Of a stretch of 47,650 nucleotides of DNA, positions 16,525-26,657 are shown in pieces (positions within the stretch are counted from its first letter, which is position 1; every line of letters starts with the position of its first letter). The notes under the pieces are model-generated. The model was not told the origin of the DNA, did not search any database, and was given only the letters and a program-made list of their open reading frames with translations. The translations under genes were made by a program, and so were the position numbers. This DNA comes from Aquificales bacterium (lineage in GTDB: Bacteria > Aquificota > Aquificia > Aquificales > QOAS01): assembly GCA_012962155.1 (NCBI GenBank), contig DTXZ01000058.1, forward strand, positions 1 to 47,650, given 5' to 3'.

Positions 16525-17958
16525 ATGTTGCTGACCACAATAATACTTCCCGTTTTGCTCGCACCTTTTGCTTACTTCTTTGAAAGGCAAGCTAAATACC
16601 TCTCGCTCTTTGCGGGGATTTTTGTAACCTTCGTAGGTCTTTACCTATGGACTAACTATCCCGGACACGGATTTGCCTTTGAGGAATTTTACCCCATATT
16701 CCCCCAATGGGATTTCAACCTCCACCTCGGAGTGGATGCCCTATCCATAGCCTTAATAACTTTAACGGGAATCATAGCCATTCTTGTAACCCTTTCATCG
16801 TGGAATATAAATTGGCAGGGAGCCTACTTCTTCCTAATATTGATCTTCTTGGGTGCAATGGTAGGAGTCTTTGCCTCCCTAAACTACCTATGGTTCTTTA
16901 TATTCTGGGAATTCACCCTGGTACCGATGTTTTTCCATATAGGTATCTGGGGGGCGGAAAATAGAATTTATGCGGCTGTAAAATTCTTTCTATATACCCA
17001 CTTGGCGTCTATATTCCTCTTCCTAGCAATTTTGATAATTTTTATTAAAACCGGCCACTTTGACTTTCTTGCTATAAAGCAAGCCAATATTCCTCTGGAT
17101 TTACAAAAAGTTATTTGGGCGTTAGCCTTTATAGGTTACATCGTTAAAATGCCTGTAGTCCCCTTCCACACTTGGCTTCCCGATGCCCACGTTCAGGCCC
17201 CCTCTCCCATATCGGTAATCTTGGCGGGCTTACTTTTGAAAATGGGAGCTTATGGACTTCTCAGGTGGAACATAGAACTATTTCCCGAAGCGTCCAAACA
17301 TTTCATCTACCTTATGTTGGCAATAGGACTGCTTACCGTTTTCCACGCCGCCTTTAAAGCCCTTTACGAGGACCACGTCAAGAGAATGGTAGCCTACTCC
17401 TCTATAAACCACATGGGATTGGTTTTGGTAGCCTTGGCTACCTTAACATCGGTGGGTATAAGCGCGGCAATATACGAAATGGTGGCCCACGCCCTTATTA
17501 TCTCCCTAATGTTTATGGTTGCGGGTTATATACATCACATTACGGGAACTTGGTATATTTCCGAAATAGGCGGTGGATTTTTACGAAAGTTTCCCTTTAT
17601 AGGAACCCTTTATGTATTGGGTGCCCTTGGAGCATTGGGATTCCCCGGAACCGCCGGATTTATCGGTGAAGTTACCGCCATTTACGCCGCCTTTGACAAA
17701 TTTGGTTGGTTGGCCCTCTCGTTACCTTTCTCCGCTGTTCTCACCGCCGGGTTCTTCTTCTGGGCTATAAGAAGGATGCTTCACGGTGAGGAGAGCAAAA
17801 AGGTTTCCCAACTACATATCCATCCCCTTCCCACGGTGGAAAAGCTTCCTCTAGTGGTCTACGTTGCCCTATTTATATTCCTCGGTGTGGCTCCTTCCCT
17901 TCTATTCAACTTCATTAACGGTTACACCCAAACCTTAGGAAAGATTTTGGGAGGTTAA
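16525..17958 (+). CDS. nuoM: complex I-like subunit M
   Basis: 477 aa. It has VKMPVVPFHTWLPDAHVQAPSPISVILAGLLLKMGAYG. AGGAGG lies upstream. Confidence 0.9.
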   Translation: MLLTTIILPVLLAPFAYFFERQAKYLSLFAGIFVTFVGLYLWTNYPGHGFAFEEFYPIFPQWDFNLHLGVDALSIALITLTGIIAILVTLSSWNINWQGAYFFLILIFLGAMVGVFASLNYLWFFIFWEFTLVPMFFHIGIWGAENRIYAAVKFFLYTHLASIFLFLAILIIFIKTGHFDFLAIKQANIPLDLQKVIWALAFIGYIVKMPVVPFHTWLPDAHVQAPSPISVILAGLLLKMGAYGLLRWNIELFPEASKHFIYLMLAIGLLTVFHAAFKALYEDHVKRMVAYSSINHMGLVLVALATLTSVGISAAIYEMVAHALIISLMFMVAGYIHHITGTWYISEIGGGFLRKFPFIGTLYVLGALGALGFPGTAGFIGEVTAIYAAFDKFGWLALSLPFSAVLTAGFFFWAIRRMLHGEESKKVSQLHIHPLPTVEKLPLVVYVALFIFLGVAPSLLFNFINGYTQTLGKILGG

Positions 17959-17962
17959 AAGG

Positions 17963-19393
17963 ATGAACTGTATTATTTTCAGTGGAATAATAACTTTGGC
18001 TTTTGGCGGTCTTTTGGTTCCCATAGTTGGGAACCTTTTTAAACTTTCCCGCGAATGGATTTTAAACCTCTTCCTACTCGTTTTTTTAATCGCAGGTGGA
18101 TTATTCCTATACGGGTTTGGTCACGGGCATATTATCTACCCCAACCTGTTTACAACCGATACGGTAAGTCTCCTAATGACCATTTTCGTATGGTTTACCG
18201 GTGCGGTTGTTTTAATAACAATCTTCAATACCCTTAAGGAGATAAACAATTTAGCGGAAATCCTGGGTGTGTATGCAATTTCCCTTTCGGGAGCAATCTT
18301 AACCCTTTATGCAAATAACTTCGTATCCTTTTTGGTTGCAATGGAACTGATGACCATACCTTCCTATTATCTGATAATGGCAAGACTTAACACCATAACC
18401 ACCGAAGCGGCCACCAAATACTTTTTCAATGGTGCTCTATCCACGGGATTTTTCCTATTCGGTATATTAGTTTTTTACGCCATAACCGGAGACCTCCAAT
18501 TTTCCGCAATAAACAAAGCCTTCCAAGCGGAAGATTCTTTTGGAATTCTATTTTTCGTATTTGGATTTATAGCCATTTTGTCCGCCATAGGTTTCAAAAT
18601 GTCTTTTGCACCATACCACTTTTATGCACCCGATACTTACACCGGAGCTCCCGCATCGGTGGCCGCATATTTAGCGGGTATTACAAAAAGTGCAGTTGCC
18701 ATTCCCGTAATAAGACTATTCTTTGAAGCTTTAAGCTTCCAAAAAGAGGATTGGAGTATCCTTTTGGCACTCCTTGCGGTCGTTACTATGACCATAGGTA
18801 ACCTATTGGCGTTGGCACAACAAAGCGTTGCAAGGATTTTGGCCTACTCATCTATAGCCCACGCCGGGTATATCCTGGTAGGATTTGCAGCCGCCGTCTC
18901 CGGTTTGGCTATAACGGGTATCGTATATCAGGCGGTTGCTTACATTCTTATGAAGGCGGGGGCCTTCCTAATGGTTACACTGCTAATTTACTACTACGGT
19001 ATAAAAACCCGTGAGCAACTAAGGGGTTTCGGAAAGATTAACCCCTTTATGGCTTTAGTATTTACCATCTTGCTACTTTCCCTCGCGGGAGTGCCCCCCA
19101 CCGCGGGATTTATAGCCAAAGTTTATCTCTTCCAAGCGGCGGTTGATGCGGGAATGGCGTGGCTTGCCTTTATAGGACTTCTCAACTCCGCCTTTGCGGT
19201 AGCCTATTACCTTTGGATTATTAAAGAAATGTACCTGGAAGCACCCCAAAGGTTGGAAAAACCCAAAGATACCTCCTTCCTCGTTCCCACAATGGCTATA
19301 GGAATGTTGGCGTTTTTAACCATAGTATTCGGTATCTGGGTAACCCCCGTTGTAAAGGCCTCCCTTGCCTTTACCCAACTCTTTCCTTTCTAA
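17963..19393 (+). CDS. nuoN: complex I-like subunit N
   Basis: 476 aa. It has GFKMSFAPYHFYAPDTYTGAPASVAAYLAGITKSA and ILAYSSIAHAGYIL. It is the last gene of the array. Confidence 0.9.
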   Translation: MNCIIFSGIITLAFGGLLVPIVGNLFKLSREWILNLFLLVFLIAGGLFLYGFGHGHIIYPNLFTTDTVSLLMTIFVWFTGAVVLITIFNTLKEINNLAEILGVYAISLSGAILTLYANNFVSFLVAMELMTIPSYYLIMARLNTITTEAATKYFFNGALSTGFFLFGILVFYAITGDLQFSAINKAFQAEDSFGILFFVFGFIAILSAIGFKMSFAPYHFYAPDTYTGAPASVAAYLAGITKSAVAIPVIRLFFEALSFQKEDWSILLALLAVVTMTIGNLLALAQQSVARILAYSSIAHAGYILVGFAAAVSGLAITGIVYQAVAYILMKAGAFLMVTLLIYYYGIKTREQLRGFGKINPFMALVFTILLLSLAGVPPTAGFIAKVYLFQAAVDAGMAWLAFIGLLNSAFAVAYYLWIIKEMYLEAPQRLEKPKDTSFLVPTMAIGMLAFLTIVFGIWVTPVVKASLAFTQLFPF

Positions 19394-19480
19394 GATTTTC
19401 CTTTTTATAACACTTAAACCGATTACGGTATTCTCAAGACAGATTTAGGCACCCGAAGTATTTAAAAAGGGAAAGGTAGA

Positions 19481-19975
19481 CTATCCGCAGTATTCGGCTT
19501 TGGAAGTTGCGGTTTCCCATACGGTAACCTTAACGATATCCACCTCTTTAATTCCCGAGGAGTGGAATTTCTCCTTTAGGTAGCCGTATATAAACTCCGC
19601 CAACCGCTCCGCGGTTGGAACAAAATTTACCACAAAAAGCTTTAAGCCGAATTCCTTTGCCATTTTCTCCAGATGGGGAAATAGAGGGTCATTTCTATCA
19701 ATAATGAAAGAGTGGTCTAGTTTGTAGTCTATAAGTTCCTTGATGGCACTCTTTAGATGGTAAAAATCCATAACCATATCCGCATCCAAGGTGTCCGAAC
19801 CGATGGTTAGCTCAACTACATAGCTATGACCGTGTAGATGCCTGCACTTATTTTCGGGAGGACAAACCCCACCGCTAAGCTCCGCCCCTCTACCTTTGCT
19901 TAAATCTTGGGTCCAAACCCTATGCCCTGCCTCAAAGCGGTATATTTTGGTGATTTCATACTTATACCTTTTCAT
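19481..19975 (-). CDS. queD: 6-carboxytetrahydropterin / 6-pyruvoyl-tetrahydropterin synthase family protein (QueD/PTPS)
   Basis: 164 aa. It has FEAGHRV ... CRHLHGHSY (Zn-binding His triad context) and DHSFI. The segment between the two motifs is about 14 aa longer than in E. coli QueD as I remember it. Confidence 0.8.
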   Translation of the reverse strand: MKRYKYEITKIYRFEAGHRVWTQDLSKGRGAELSGGVCPPENKCRHLHGHSYVVELTIGSDTLDADMVMDFYHLKSAIKELIDYKLDHSFIIDRNDPLFPHLEKMAKEFGLKLFVVNFVPTAERLAEFIYGYLKEKFHSSGIKEVDIVKVTVWETATSKAEYCG

Positions 19976-20021
19976 GGTTAAAAATTAATTCTCCCCTTAG
20001 CCCATAAAATAACTCTAAGTT

Positions 20022-21353
20022 ATGGCATATATTCCCCATTCCTCAGACGAAACTCAAGAAATGCTTTCACTAATAGGGGCAAAAAGCTTCCAAGACCTCT
20101 ATTCTCACATAGATAAAAATCTCCTATTCCATGGTGGGTTAAATCTACCCCAACCCCTATCGGAAGCGGAAATTCTGCAGACCTTTAAAGGTTGGGCGGC
20201 AAAAAATAAACAACTTACGATATTTGCGGGGGCGGGGGCCTACGACCGCTACATTCCCGCGGCGGTGGATTATTTGGTAGAACGGGGAGAGTTTTTAACC
20301 ACCTATACCCCTTACCAACCGGAGGTATCCCAAGGGACATTAACCGCAATTTTTGAATTTCAGACTGTTATAGCCCAACTTACGGGTATGGACGTGGCCA
20401 ATGCCTCCATGTATGACGGTTCAAGTGCCTTGGCGGAAGCCGTCCTTATGGCACGGGCGATAAAGGGAAAGGGGGACACCGTAGTTTTGTCTTCCACAAT
20501 ACACCCATTTTATCGTCAGGTGGTAAAAACCTACCTTTACGGTTACAGGGATAAGGTGGTAGAAATTCCCCACACCGAAGGGGGAGTTACCGATCTAAAC
20601 GAACTACAGGAGGTTTTAAAAAAGGAAGACGTCCATGCGTTGGCTGTTCAGTATCCCAACTTTTTCGGTTTTGTGGAACCCCTCAAGGAAATAGGAGAGT
20701 TGGCCCAAAAATACGGCGTTCCTCTCATAGTAGTTTCCGACCCGATAGCCCTTGCCATATTAAAACCTCCCGCCCTTTTTGGAGCGGATATCGTCGTAGG
20801 AGAGGGACAACAATTGGGTAATCCCCTATACTTTGGAGGACCTTACTTGGGATTCTTTGCAACCCGTCAAAAGTATGTGAGAAAAATGCCCGGAAGATTG
20901 GTAGGAATGGGAGAGGATCTAGAAGGTAAAAGGGCATTCACCCTGGTTTTGCAGGCTAGGGAGCAACACATAAGAAGGGAAAGGGCAACCTCTAATATCT
21001 GTTCCAACCAGAATTTGCTATTACTAAGAGCGTTAATTTATGTAGCCCTTCTTGGCAAGGAGGGTTTAAGAGAGGTTGCCAAACAATCGGTAGCCAAAGC
21101 CCGTTACCTCTATAGGGGGTTGACCTCCCTCGGTTGGGAAAATCCATTTAGAAACGAACAATTTTTGTGGGAATTTCCGCTAAAGCATCCCGAGGTTCAA
21201 GAAATTAGAAAAAAACTTCTCAAAGAGGGTTTTTTGTTCGGAATTGACCTCGGAAAGTTTTATCCCGATATGGAAAACACCCTACTGGTTGTGGTTACCG
21301 AAAAGAGAACCAAAGGGGAGATGGATAAACTCCTTACCCTTTTAAAGTTGTAG
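20022..21353 (+). CDS. gcvPA: glycine dehydrogenase (decarboxylating) subunit 1
   Basis: 443 aa. It has YIPHS..E..EML, FAGAGAYD.YIPA, YTPYQPEVSQGTL and REQHIRRERATSNICSNQ blocks, all typical of GcvPA. No gcvPB adjacent. Confidence 0.9.
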   Translation: MAYIPHSSDETQEMLSLIGAKSFQDLYSHIDKNLLFHGGLNLPQPLSEAEILQTFKGWAAKNKQLTIFAGAGAYDRYIPAAVDYLVERGEFLTTYTPYQPEVSQGTLTAIFEFQTVIAQLTGMDVANASMYDGSSALAEAVLMARAIKGKGDTVVLSSTIHPFYRQVVKTYLYGYRDKVVEIPHTEGGVTDLNELQEVLKKEDVHALAVQYPNFFGFVEPLKEIGELAQKYGVPLIVVSDPIALAILKPPALFGADIVVGEGQQLGNPLYFGGPYLGFFATRQKYVRKMPGRLVGMGEDLEGKRAFTLVLQAREQHIRRERATSNICSNQNLLLLRALIYVALLGKEGLREVAKQSVAKARYLYRGLTSLGWENPFRNEQFLWEFPLKHPEVQEIRKKLLKEGFLFGIDLGKFYPDMENTLLVVVTEKRTKGEMDKLLTLLKL

Positions 21354-22100
21354 TAAAAAGTTTTTTAACTCCTTAGGGGTGTAAAAGGTTATATCCCCTT
21401 CTTCCCTCTTTTCCGAAAAATTACATTGGATATAGGTTAAATTGGTATCACCGTACCGGTTTTTATACCCTTGAGCCATCCATTTATCCGCTACGGTGTC
21501 CCCTAGGTAGTATTTATCATCCTTTGGCTTTGCCCCTAAGAGTTTAAGTGTGTAGTAAAGGGCGTAGGGGTTGGGTTTCCTTAAAGCCACATCTTCTATG
21601 GTATCGTCGCATACTATAACATCAAATTTGTCCAATAGATTAAATTTTTTGAAAGAATATTCCAAATCCCCTTTCGGTCTTCCGGTGAGAACCGCCAATT
21701 TATACTTTTTACGTTTTAGCCATTCAAAAACAAAAGGTTCCAAAAAGAGTTCCTCGTTATCCTTCACCCCTTCAAAGTAATCTATAAAGGTTTGAGTTAC
21801 CTCATCCACCGTAATGGGTAGATTAAATCTTTTCTCCAAGCAAAAGGCTACCGCATTTTTACATTCCAATGAGAGTTTTTTTATCTCCTCTTCGGGGACT
21901 CCGTATTTTTTAAGAGCTATAATAGCGTAGGAGGCGTAATAGTCGTTATTTATACCCCATCGGAATTTATAATTTTTAACCTCCTCCAGTGGAACGCTTT
22001 CACCAACGTAGCGTTCCACCGTTTTTTGTATAGCCAAGTGGTAGGTTTTTGAAACATCTATAATCACACCGTCCACGTCAAAAACCAAAATTTTTCCCAT
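21342..22100 (-). CDS. HAD-superfamily hydrolase
   Basis: 252 aa. It has motif I (VFDVDGVIID), motif II (AVLTGRP), and K...GDT.AD late motifs. Substrate not assignable. Confidence 0.8.
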   Translation of the reverse strand: MGKILVFDVDGVIIDVSKTYHLAIQKTVERYVGESVPLEEVKNYKFRWGINNDYYASYAIIALKKYGVPEEEIKKLSLECKNAVAFCLEKRFNLPITVDEVTQTFIDYFEGVKDNEELFLEPFVFEWLKRKKYKLAVLTGRPKGDLEYSFKKFNLLDKFDVIVCDDTIEDVALRKPNPYALYYTLKLLGAKPKDDKYYLGDTVADKWMAQGYKNRYGDTNLTYIQCNFSEKREEGDITFYTPKELKNFLLQL

Positions 22101-22151
22101 TACCGTTTTGAATATTACCCACCCCTTGAAGGGGATAACATTAATTCACTT

Positions 22152-23996
22152 ATGCTAACGGTTTTGGGAAATTTCAGAAGAACCCACTATTGCGGTGAAA
22201 TTAACGAGAATAACATAGACCAAAGTGTTCGTTTGGTGGGATGGGTTGATACTGTAAGAAACCACGGCGGAGTCGTTTTCATAGACTTAAGGGACCGCTC
22301 GGGAATAGTTCAAGTGGTAGTTGAAGAGTTAAAAAATCCCGAGGCTTACGAAATTGCAGATAAGGTAAAACCCGAATACGTTATAGCGGTAGAGGGTAAG
22401 GTAAGGCGCCGACCCGAGGGAACGGAAAATCCCAAACTTCCCACCGGTTTTGTTGAAGTGGTTGCGGATAAAGTCCTTCTTTTGAATACCGCTCATCAAC
22501 CTTTACCTTTCCAAATAGAGGATGAAATAAAGGTTAATGAAGAGGTTCGCCTACGTTACCGCTACTTAGATTTGAGACGCCGACCTATGCTCAATAACCT
22601 CCTCCTTCGCCACAAAACTTATCAGGTGGTGAGAAACTTTTTAACCGATGAAGGTTTTATAGAGGTTGAAACTCCCCTTCTAACAAAATCAACCCCCGAA
22701 GGGGCTAGGGACTTTATAGTTCCCTCAAGGCTTCATCCCGGAAAGTTCTACGCGCTTCCCCAATCACCCCAGCTATTTAAACAAATCTTAATGGTTGCGG
22801 GTTTAGACAAATACTTTCAGATAGCCAAATGCCTAAGGGACGAAGACCTAAGGGCGGACCGACAACCGGAGTTTACCCAAATAGACTTGGAGATGTCCTT
22901 TGTGGGTAGAGAAGATGTTATGAATCTCACCGAAAGGTTGGTAAAGGAGGTCTTTAAACAGGTTGCGGGAATTGAAATAGATTACCCCCTCCCGATTTAC
23001 TCCTACGAAGAGGTTATGTCCAAATACGGGAGCGATAAACCCGATCTCCGTATAAGGGAAGATGTAATAACCCCCCTTATAGAGCTTACCGATATTTTTA
23101 AGAATACCCAATTTAAGGTCTTTAAAAATGTGGTGGACAAAGGGGGTATCATTAAAGCGGTTGTCGTAAAAGGCGGGGCGAAAACACTTTCCCGCCAAAA
23201 GATAGACGAACTTACCAAGTTTGTTCAAAAATTGGGTGCCAAAGGTCTCGCTTGGATTAGGGTGGATGAAGACAAGCTAACCTCCCCTATTACCAAGTTC
23301 TTTAGTAAAGAGGAGATAGAAAATCTTCTAAACCGTTGCAATGCTCAGGTTGGAGACATTATCTTCTTTCAAGCCGATAGCGATAGGGAATCGGTTTACA
23401 AGGTATTGGATGCCCTACGTAGGAGATTAGCGGACGAACTTAAGGCAAGGGAAGAGGGATTTAAATTTCTCTGGGTGGTAGATTTTCCTCTTCTTGAATG
23501 GGATAAAGAGGAAGAGAGGTTTGTTTCCGTTCACCATCCCTTTACCATGCCTAGGGAGGAAGACCTTCTCCAAATAGACCGGGCGCTAAATACAGAAGAT
23601 ATTGAGGAGAGAAAGGAAATCCTAAAAGGCGTAAAATCCCTTGCCTACGATATGGTATTAAATGGCGAGGAGATAGGAGGCGGTTCCATCAGGATACACC
23701 GAACCGACATCCAGGAAAAAATCTTTAAACTCTTAGGTATCGGCGCAGTGGAGGCGGAGGAAAAATTCGGCTTTCTATTGGAAGCTTTAAAATACGGCGC
23801 ACCTCCCCACGGAGGATTTGCCTTCGGTTTAGACCGCCTTTTGGCCATTATGGTAGGGGTGGACAGTATAAGGGAGGTTATAGCCTTCCCCAAAACCCAA
23901 AAAGGTATTTGTCCTCTAACCAACGCTCCCGACTACGTAGACCCCAAACAACTAAAAGAGGTTCACTGCGAGGTGGAAAGACGGGAAGAGGAGTAA
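22152..23996 (+). CDS. aspS: aspartate--tRNA ligase (bacterial type)
   Basis: 614 aa. It has RTHYCGE, an OB-fold N-domain, class II motifs (FRDEDLRADRQPEFTQID; GGGSIRIH; GFAFGLDRL) and the bacterial insertion domain. Confidence 0.93.
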   Translation: MLTVLGNFRRTHYCGEINENNIDQSVRLVGWVDTVRNHGGVVFIDLRDRSGIVQVVVEELKNPEAYEIADKVKPEYVIAVEGKVRRRPEGTENPKLPTGFVEVVADKVLLLNTAHQPLPFQIEDEIKVNEEVRLRYRYLDLRRRPMLNNLLLRHKTYQVVRNFLTDEGFIEVETPLLTKSTPEGARDFIVPSRLHPGKFYALPQSPQLFKQILMVAGLDKYFQIAKCLRDEDLRADRQPEFTQIDLEMSFVGREDVMNLTERLVKEVFKQVAGIEIDYPLPIYSYEEVMSKYGSDKPDLRIREDVITPLIELTDIFKNTQFKVFKNVVDKGGIIKAVVVKGGAKTLSRQKIDELTKFVQKLGAKGLAWIRVDEDKLTSPITKFFSKEEIENLLNRCNAQVGDIIFFQADSDRESVYKVLDALRRRLADELKAREEGFKFLWVVDFPLLEWDKEEERFVSVHHPFTMPREEDLLQIDRALNTEDIEERKEILKGVKSLAYDMVLNGEEIGGGSIRIHRTDIQEKIFKLLGIGAVEAEEKFGFLLEALKYGAPPHGGFAFGLDRLLAIMVGVDSIREVIAFPKTQKGICPLTNAPDYVDPKQLKEVHCEVERREEE

Positions 23997-24028
23997 CTTC
24001 CTTTCTTTTCCACTTAAAACTTTTCTTT

Positions 24029-24418
24029 ATGGGAAAACGGAAGGACTGTCCCTTTTGCAATATAGCCCCCAAAGCGGTTATTTTAAAAAATAACCACTGT
24101 TTTGCCATATTCGATAAATATCCCGTAAATCCCGGACACATTTTAATAATTCCTTACCGCCACACCGATAACTATTTTTCGCTAACAAAGGAAGAGAAAA
24201 TCGCAATAGTCGAACTTATAGACGAAGTTAAACGGTTTTTAGATAAAAAATTTTCCCCCGATGGTTACAACATAGGGGTAAATGTTGGGAAATGGGGAGG
24301 TCAAACTATTATGCATGTACATATCCATGTTATACCCCGTTACAAAGGCGATACACCCGACCCAACGGGTGGAGTTAGAGGCGTTATTCCCGAAAAGAGT
24401 AACTATTTGAAAAGATAA
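24029..24418 (+). CDS. HIT-family nucleotide hydrolase/transferase
   Basis: Trimmed to ATG 24029 (129 aa). It has an N-terminal CPFC and the histidine triad HVHIHVIPR. Confidence 0.85.
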   Translation: MGKRKDCPFCNIAPKAVILKNNHCFAIFDKYPVNPGHILIIPYRHTDNYFSLTKEEKIAIVELIDEVKRFLDKKFSPDGYNIGVNVGKWGGQTIMHVHIHVIPRYKGDTPDPTGGVRGVIPEKSNYLKR

Positions 24419-24427
24419 TTTCCTCTT

Positions 24428-25345
24428 ATGGGTATAGCATTTATTTTTCCCGGGCAAGGTTCGCAGTATGCAGGTATGGGTAGGGCTTTTTACGAAAAAT
24501 TTACCCTCGCAAGAGAGGTTTTTCAAAGGGCCAACGAGACTCTCGGTTTTGATTTAACAAAGCTAATTTTTGAGGGGGGTGGCGAGCTTAACAAAACGGT
24601 AAACACCCAACCGGCCATTTTAACCGTCAGTTTTGCGATATACACCGTTTTAAAAGAGCTTTACCCCGAATTAAAACCTATGCTGGTTGCGGGGCATTCG
24701 CTGGGGGAGTATACCGCCCTGCTGAGTGCGGGGGTTTTGGAATTTGAAGATGCCCTTAAATTGGTTAGATACCGCGCCCAATATATGCAATCCGCAGTCC
24801 CCGAAGGCGAAGGCGGTATGGCAGCGGTAATAGGTATTTCTCCCGAAGAGGTCGCCAAACTCTGCCAAGAGGTGGAAGGTGTAGTGGAACCGGTAAATTT
24901 TAATTCGCCTATCCAAACCGTTGTAGCGGGGCAGGCAAAGGCGGTTAAAGACCTGGTCCGACTTGCCAAAAGTAGGAAGATAAAGGCTATACCTCTAAAG
25001 GTATCGGTTCCCTCCCACAGTTCCCTTATGAGGGTTGCGGGAGAGAAATTTAAAGAGAAACTCAAAGAGGTCTCTTTTAAAGATGCCCAAACTCCCGTGG
25101 TTCAAAATTATACCGCCCAAGCCCACACTAAAGCCCAAGAGATTAAAGAAAATCTATATCTGCAACTTTTCAACCCGGTAAGGTGGGTAGAAAGCGTTGA
25201 ATTTATGCATTCTCAAGGTGTTGACACATTTATAGAGATAGGTCCAAAAAATGTTTTAACCAAACTTGTAACCCAAATTTTACCTTCTGTAAAAGCCTTT
25301 AATGTGGAAAGGGTGGAGGATTTGGAAAAACTAAAAGAGGTTTAG
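24428..25345 (+). CDS. fabD: malonyl-CoA:ACP transacylase
   Basis: 305 aa. It has FPGQGSQYAGMG, the GHSLGEY nucleophile elbow, and VSVPSHSSLM. Confidence 0.93.
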   Translation: MGIAFIFPGQGSQYAGMGRAFYEKFTLAREVFQRANETLGFDLTKLIFEGGGELNKTVNTQPAILTVSFAIYTVLKELYPELKPMLVAGHSLGEYTALLSAGVLEFEDALKLVRYRAQYMQSAVPEGEGGMAAVIGISPEEVAKLCQEVEGVVEPVNFNSPIQTVVAGQAKAVKDLVRLAKSRKIKAIPLKVSVPSHSSLMRVAGEKFKEKLKEVSFKDAQTPVVQNYTAQAHTKAQEIKENLYLQLFNPVRWVESVEFMHSQGVDTFIEIGPKNVLTKLVTQILPSVKAFNVERVEDLEKLKEV

Positions 25346-26628
25346 CTTTTGCCTCTATATACTATTTTCCCCTCTTTAATTGTGTAAAAAACTTTTCCGA
25401 CCAACTTTCGCCCCATAAACGGGGAGTTACTACTTTTTGAGGGATTTATTTTTTCGTCAAACACCCACTCGTGTTTTAGGTCAAAAATAACCACATCCGC
25501 GGTGGTGCCCACCTTTAGAGTACCAAGCTCGGGATAGAGGTTCAAAATTTTTGCCGGTGTGGTGGAAAGAACCTCAACCAATCTTTTGAGGGTTATCAGT
25601 CCCTCGTTATAGAGCTTTACGAGGGCGGGCAGGGCTATTTGGAAACCGAGCATTCCCGGAGGGGCTTGGTCCAAAGGCTTTTCCTTTTCCCAAGAGGCGT
25701 GGGGGGCGTGGTCTGTCCCTATACAGTCTATAATTCCCTCCGCCAGTGCTTGAATTAGGGCCTTTCTGTCCTCTTTGGTTCTCAAAGGGGGATTTACCTT
25801 GGCAAGAGGCCCGTATTTCAAAACAGCTTCTTCGGTCAGTAACAGATGGTTTGGATTGACTTCCGAGGTTATATTAACCCCCTTTTCTTTGAAAAGACTT
25901 AGAAGGTCCACACTTTCTTTGGCGCTTACGTGTTGAATATGAATCTTTGCATCGGTTTCCTGAGCCAAAAATCCATCCCGTGCCACCGCTATAGCTTCGG
26001 CACTCCTGCTTCTTCCCGCAAGTCCCAAAAGGGAAGAAACCTTACCCTCGTTAAGGTGTCCCCTGGAAAGGGAGGGCAGTTCCGCATGGTCCATCACAAG
26101 CAATCCCAAATCCGATGCCCAATAGAGGGCGGTTTTAAGGAGACTTTCATCGGTTAAAGTGGTTCCATCGTCGGTTAGGGCCACAGCCCCCGCCTTTTTT
26201 AATGCGTTGAAATCGGTTAATTTCTCTCCCTTCCTACCTACGGTTATCGTCCCCGCGGGTAAAAGCCTTATAAGCCCCACCTTTTGGGCTTTTTGAATTT
26301 GATATTCAACTATTGCGGGATTATCGGTTGTAGGCGAGGTATTGGGCATACTAACCACGGTGGTAAATCCGCCAAAAACCGCCGCTCTGCTACCGCTTTC
26401 AATGTCTTCTTTGTAAGTTTGTCCCGGATCCCGTAAATGGGCATGGGGGTCTACAAAGGCGGGGGCAACCACCATAGAACGGGCATCTATAACCTCTTCA
26501 TCTCCCGAAGGGGGGATATTCCTTTCTATTTTGGAAATTTTTCCCTTTTCTATAAGGATGTCGGCCAAACCTTCTAGCTTTTGCGATGGGTCTACCACAA
26601 AACCACCCTTTATTAGAAGTTTTTCCAT
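25342..26628 (-). CDS. pyrC: dihydroorotase (class I, multifunctional-complex type)
   Basis: 428 aa. It has FVDPHAHLRDPG, IHIQHVS and GTDHAPH metal-ligand motifs of amidohydrolase-fold DHOase. Confidence 0.9.
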   Translation of the reverse strand: MEKLLIKGGFVVDPSQKLEGLADILIEKGKISKIERNIPPSGDEEVIDARSMVVAPAFVDPHAHLRDPGQTYKEDIESGSRAAVFGGFTTVVSMPNTSPTTDNPAIVEYQIQKAQKVGLIRLLPAGTITVGRKGEKLTDFNALKKAGAVALTDDGTTLTDESLLKTALYWASDLGLLVMDHAELPSLSRGHLNEGKVSSLLGLAGRSRSAEAIAVARDGFLAQETDAKIHIQHVSAKESVDLLSLFKEKGVNITSEVNPNHLLLTEEAVLKYGPLAKVNPPLRTKEDRKALIQALAEGIIDCIGTDHAPHASWEKEKPLDQAPPGMLGFQIALPALVKLYNEGLITLKRLVEVLSTTPAKILNLYPELGTLKVGTTADVVIFDLKHEWVFDEKINPSKSSNSPFMGRKLVGKVFYTIKEGKIVYRGKS

Positions 26629-26657
26629 TGGGGTTAAAAATTAAACTAAAACTTCTA

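Noticed and set aside
19976-20021. preQ1 riboswitch upstream of queD, or a glycine riboswitch upstream of gcvPA, in the divergent spacer.
   Set aside because: The spacer is only 46 nt. It lacks the preQ1-I stem plus A-rich tail arrangement and is far too short for a glycine riboswitch.
25342-25345. Convergent overlapping stop codons of fabD and pyrC. gcvPA and the HAD gene also overlap, at 21342-21353.
   Set aside because: The overlaps are real, but they are a simple consequence of genome compaction. No additional element can fit there.
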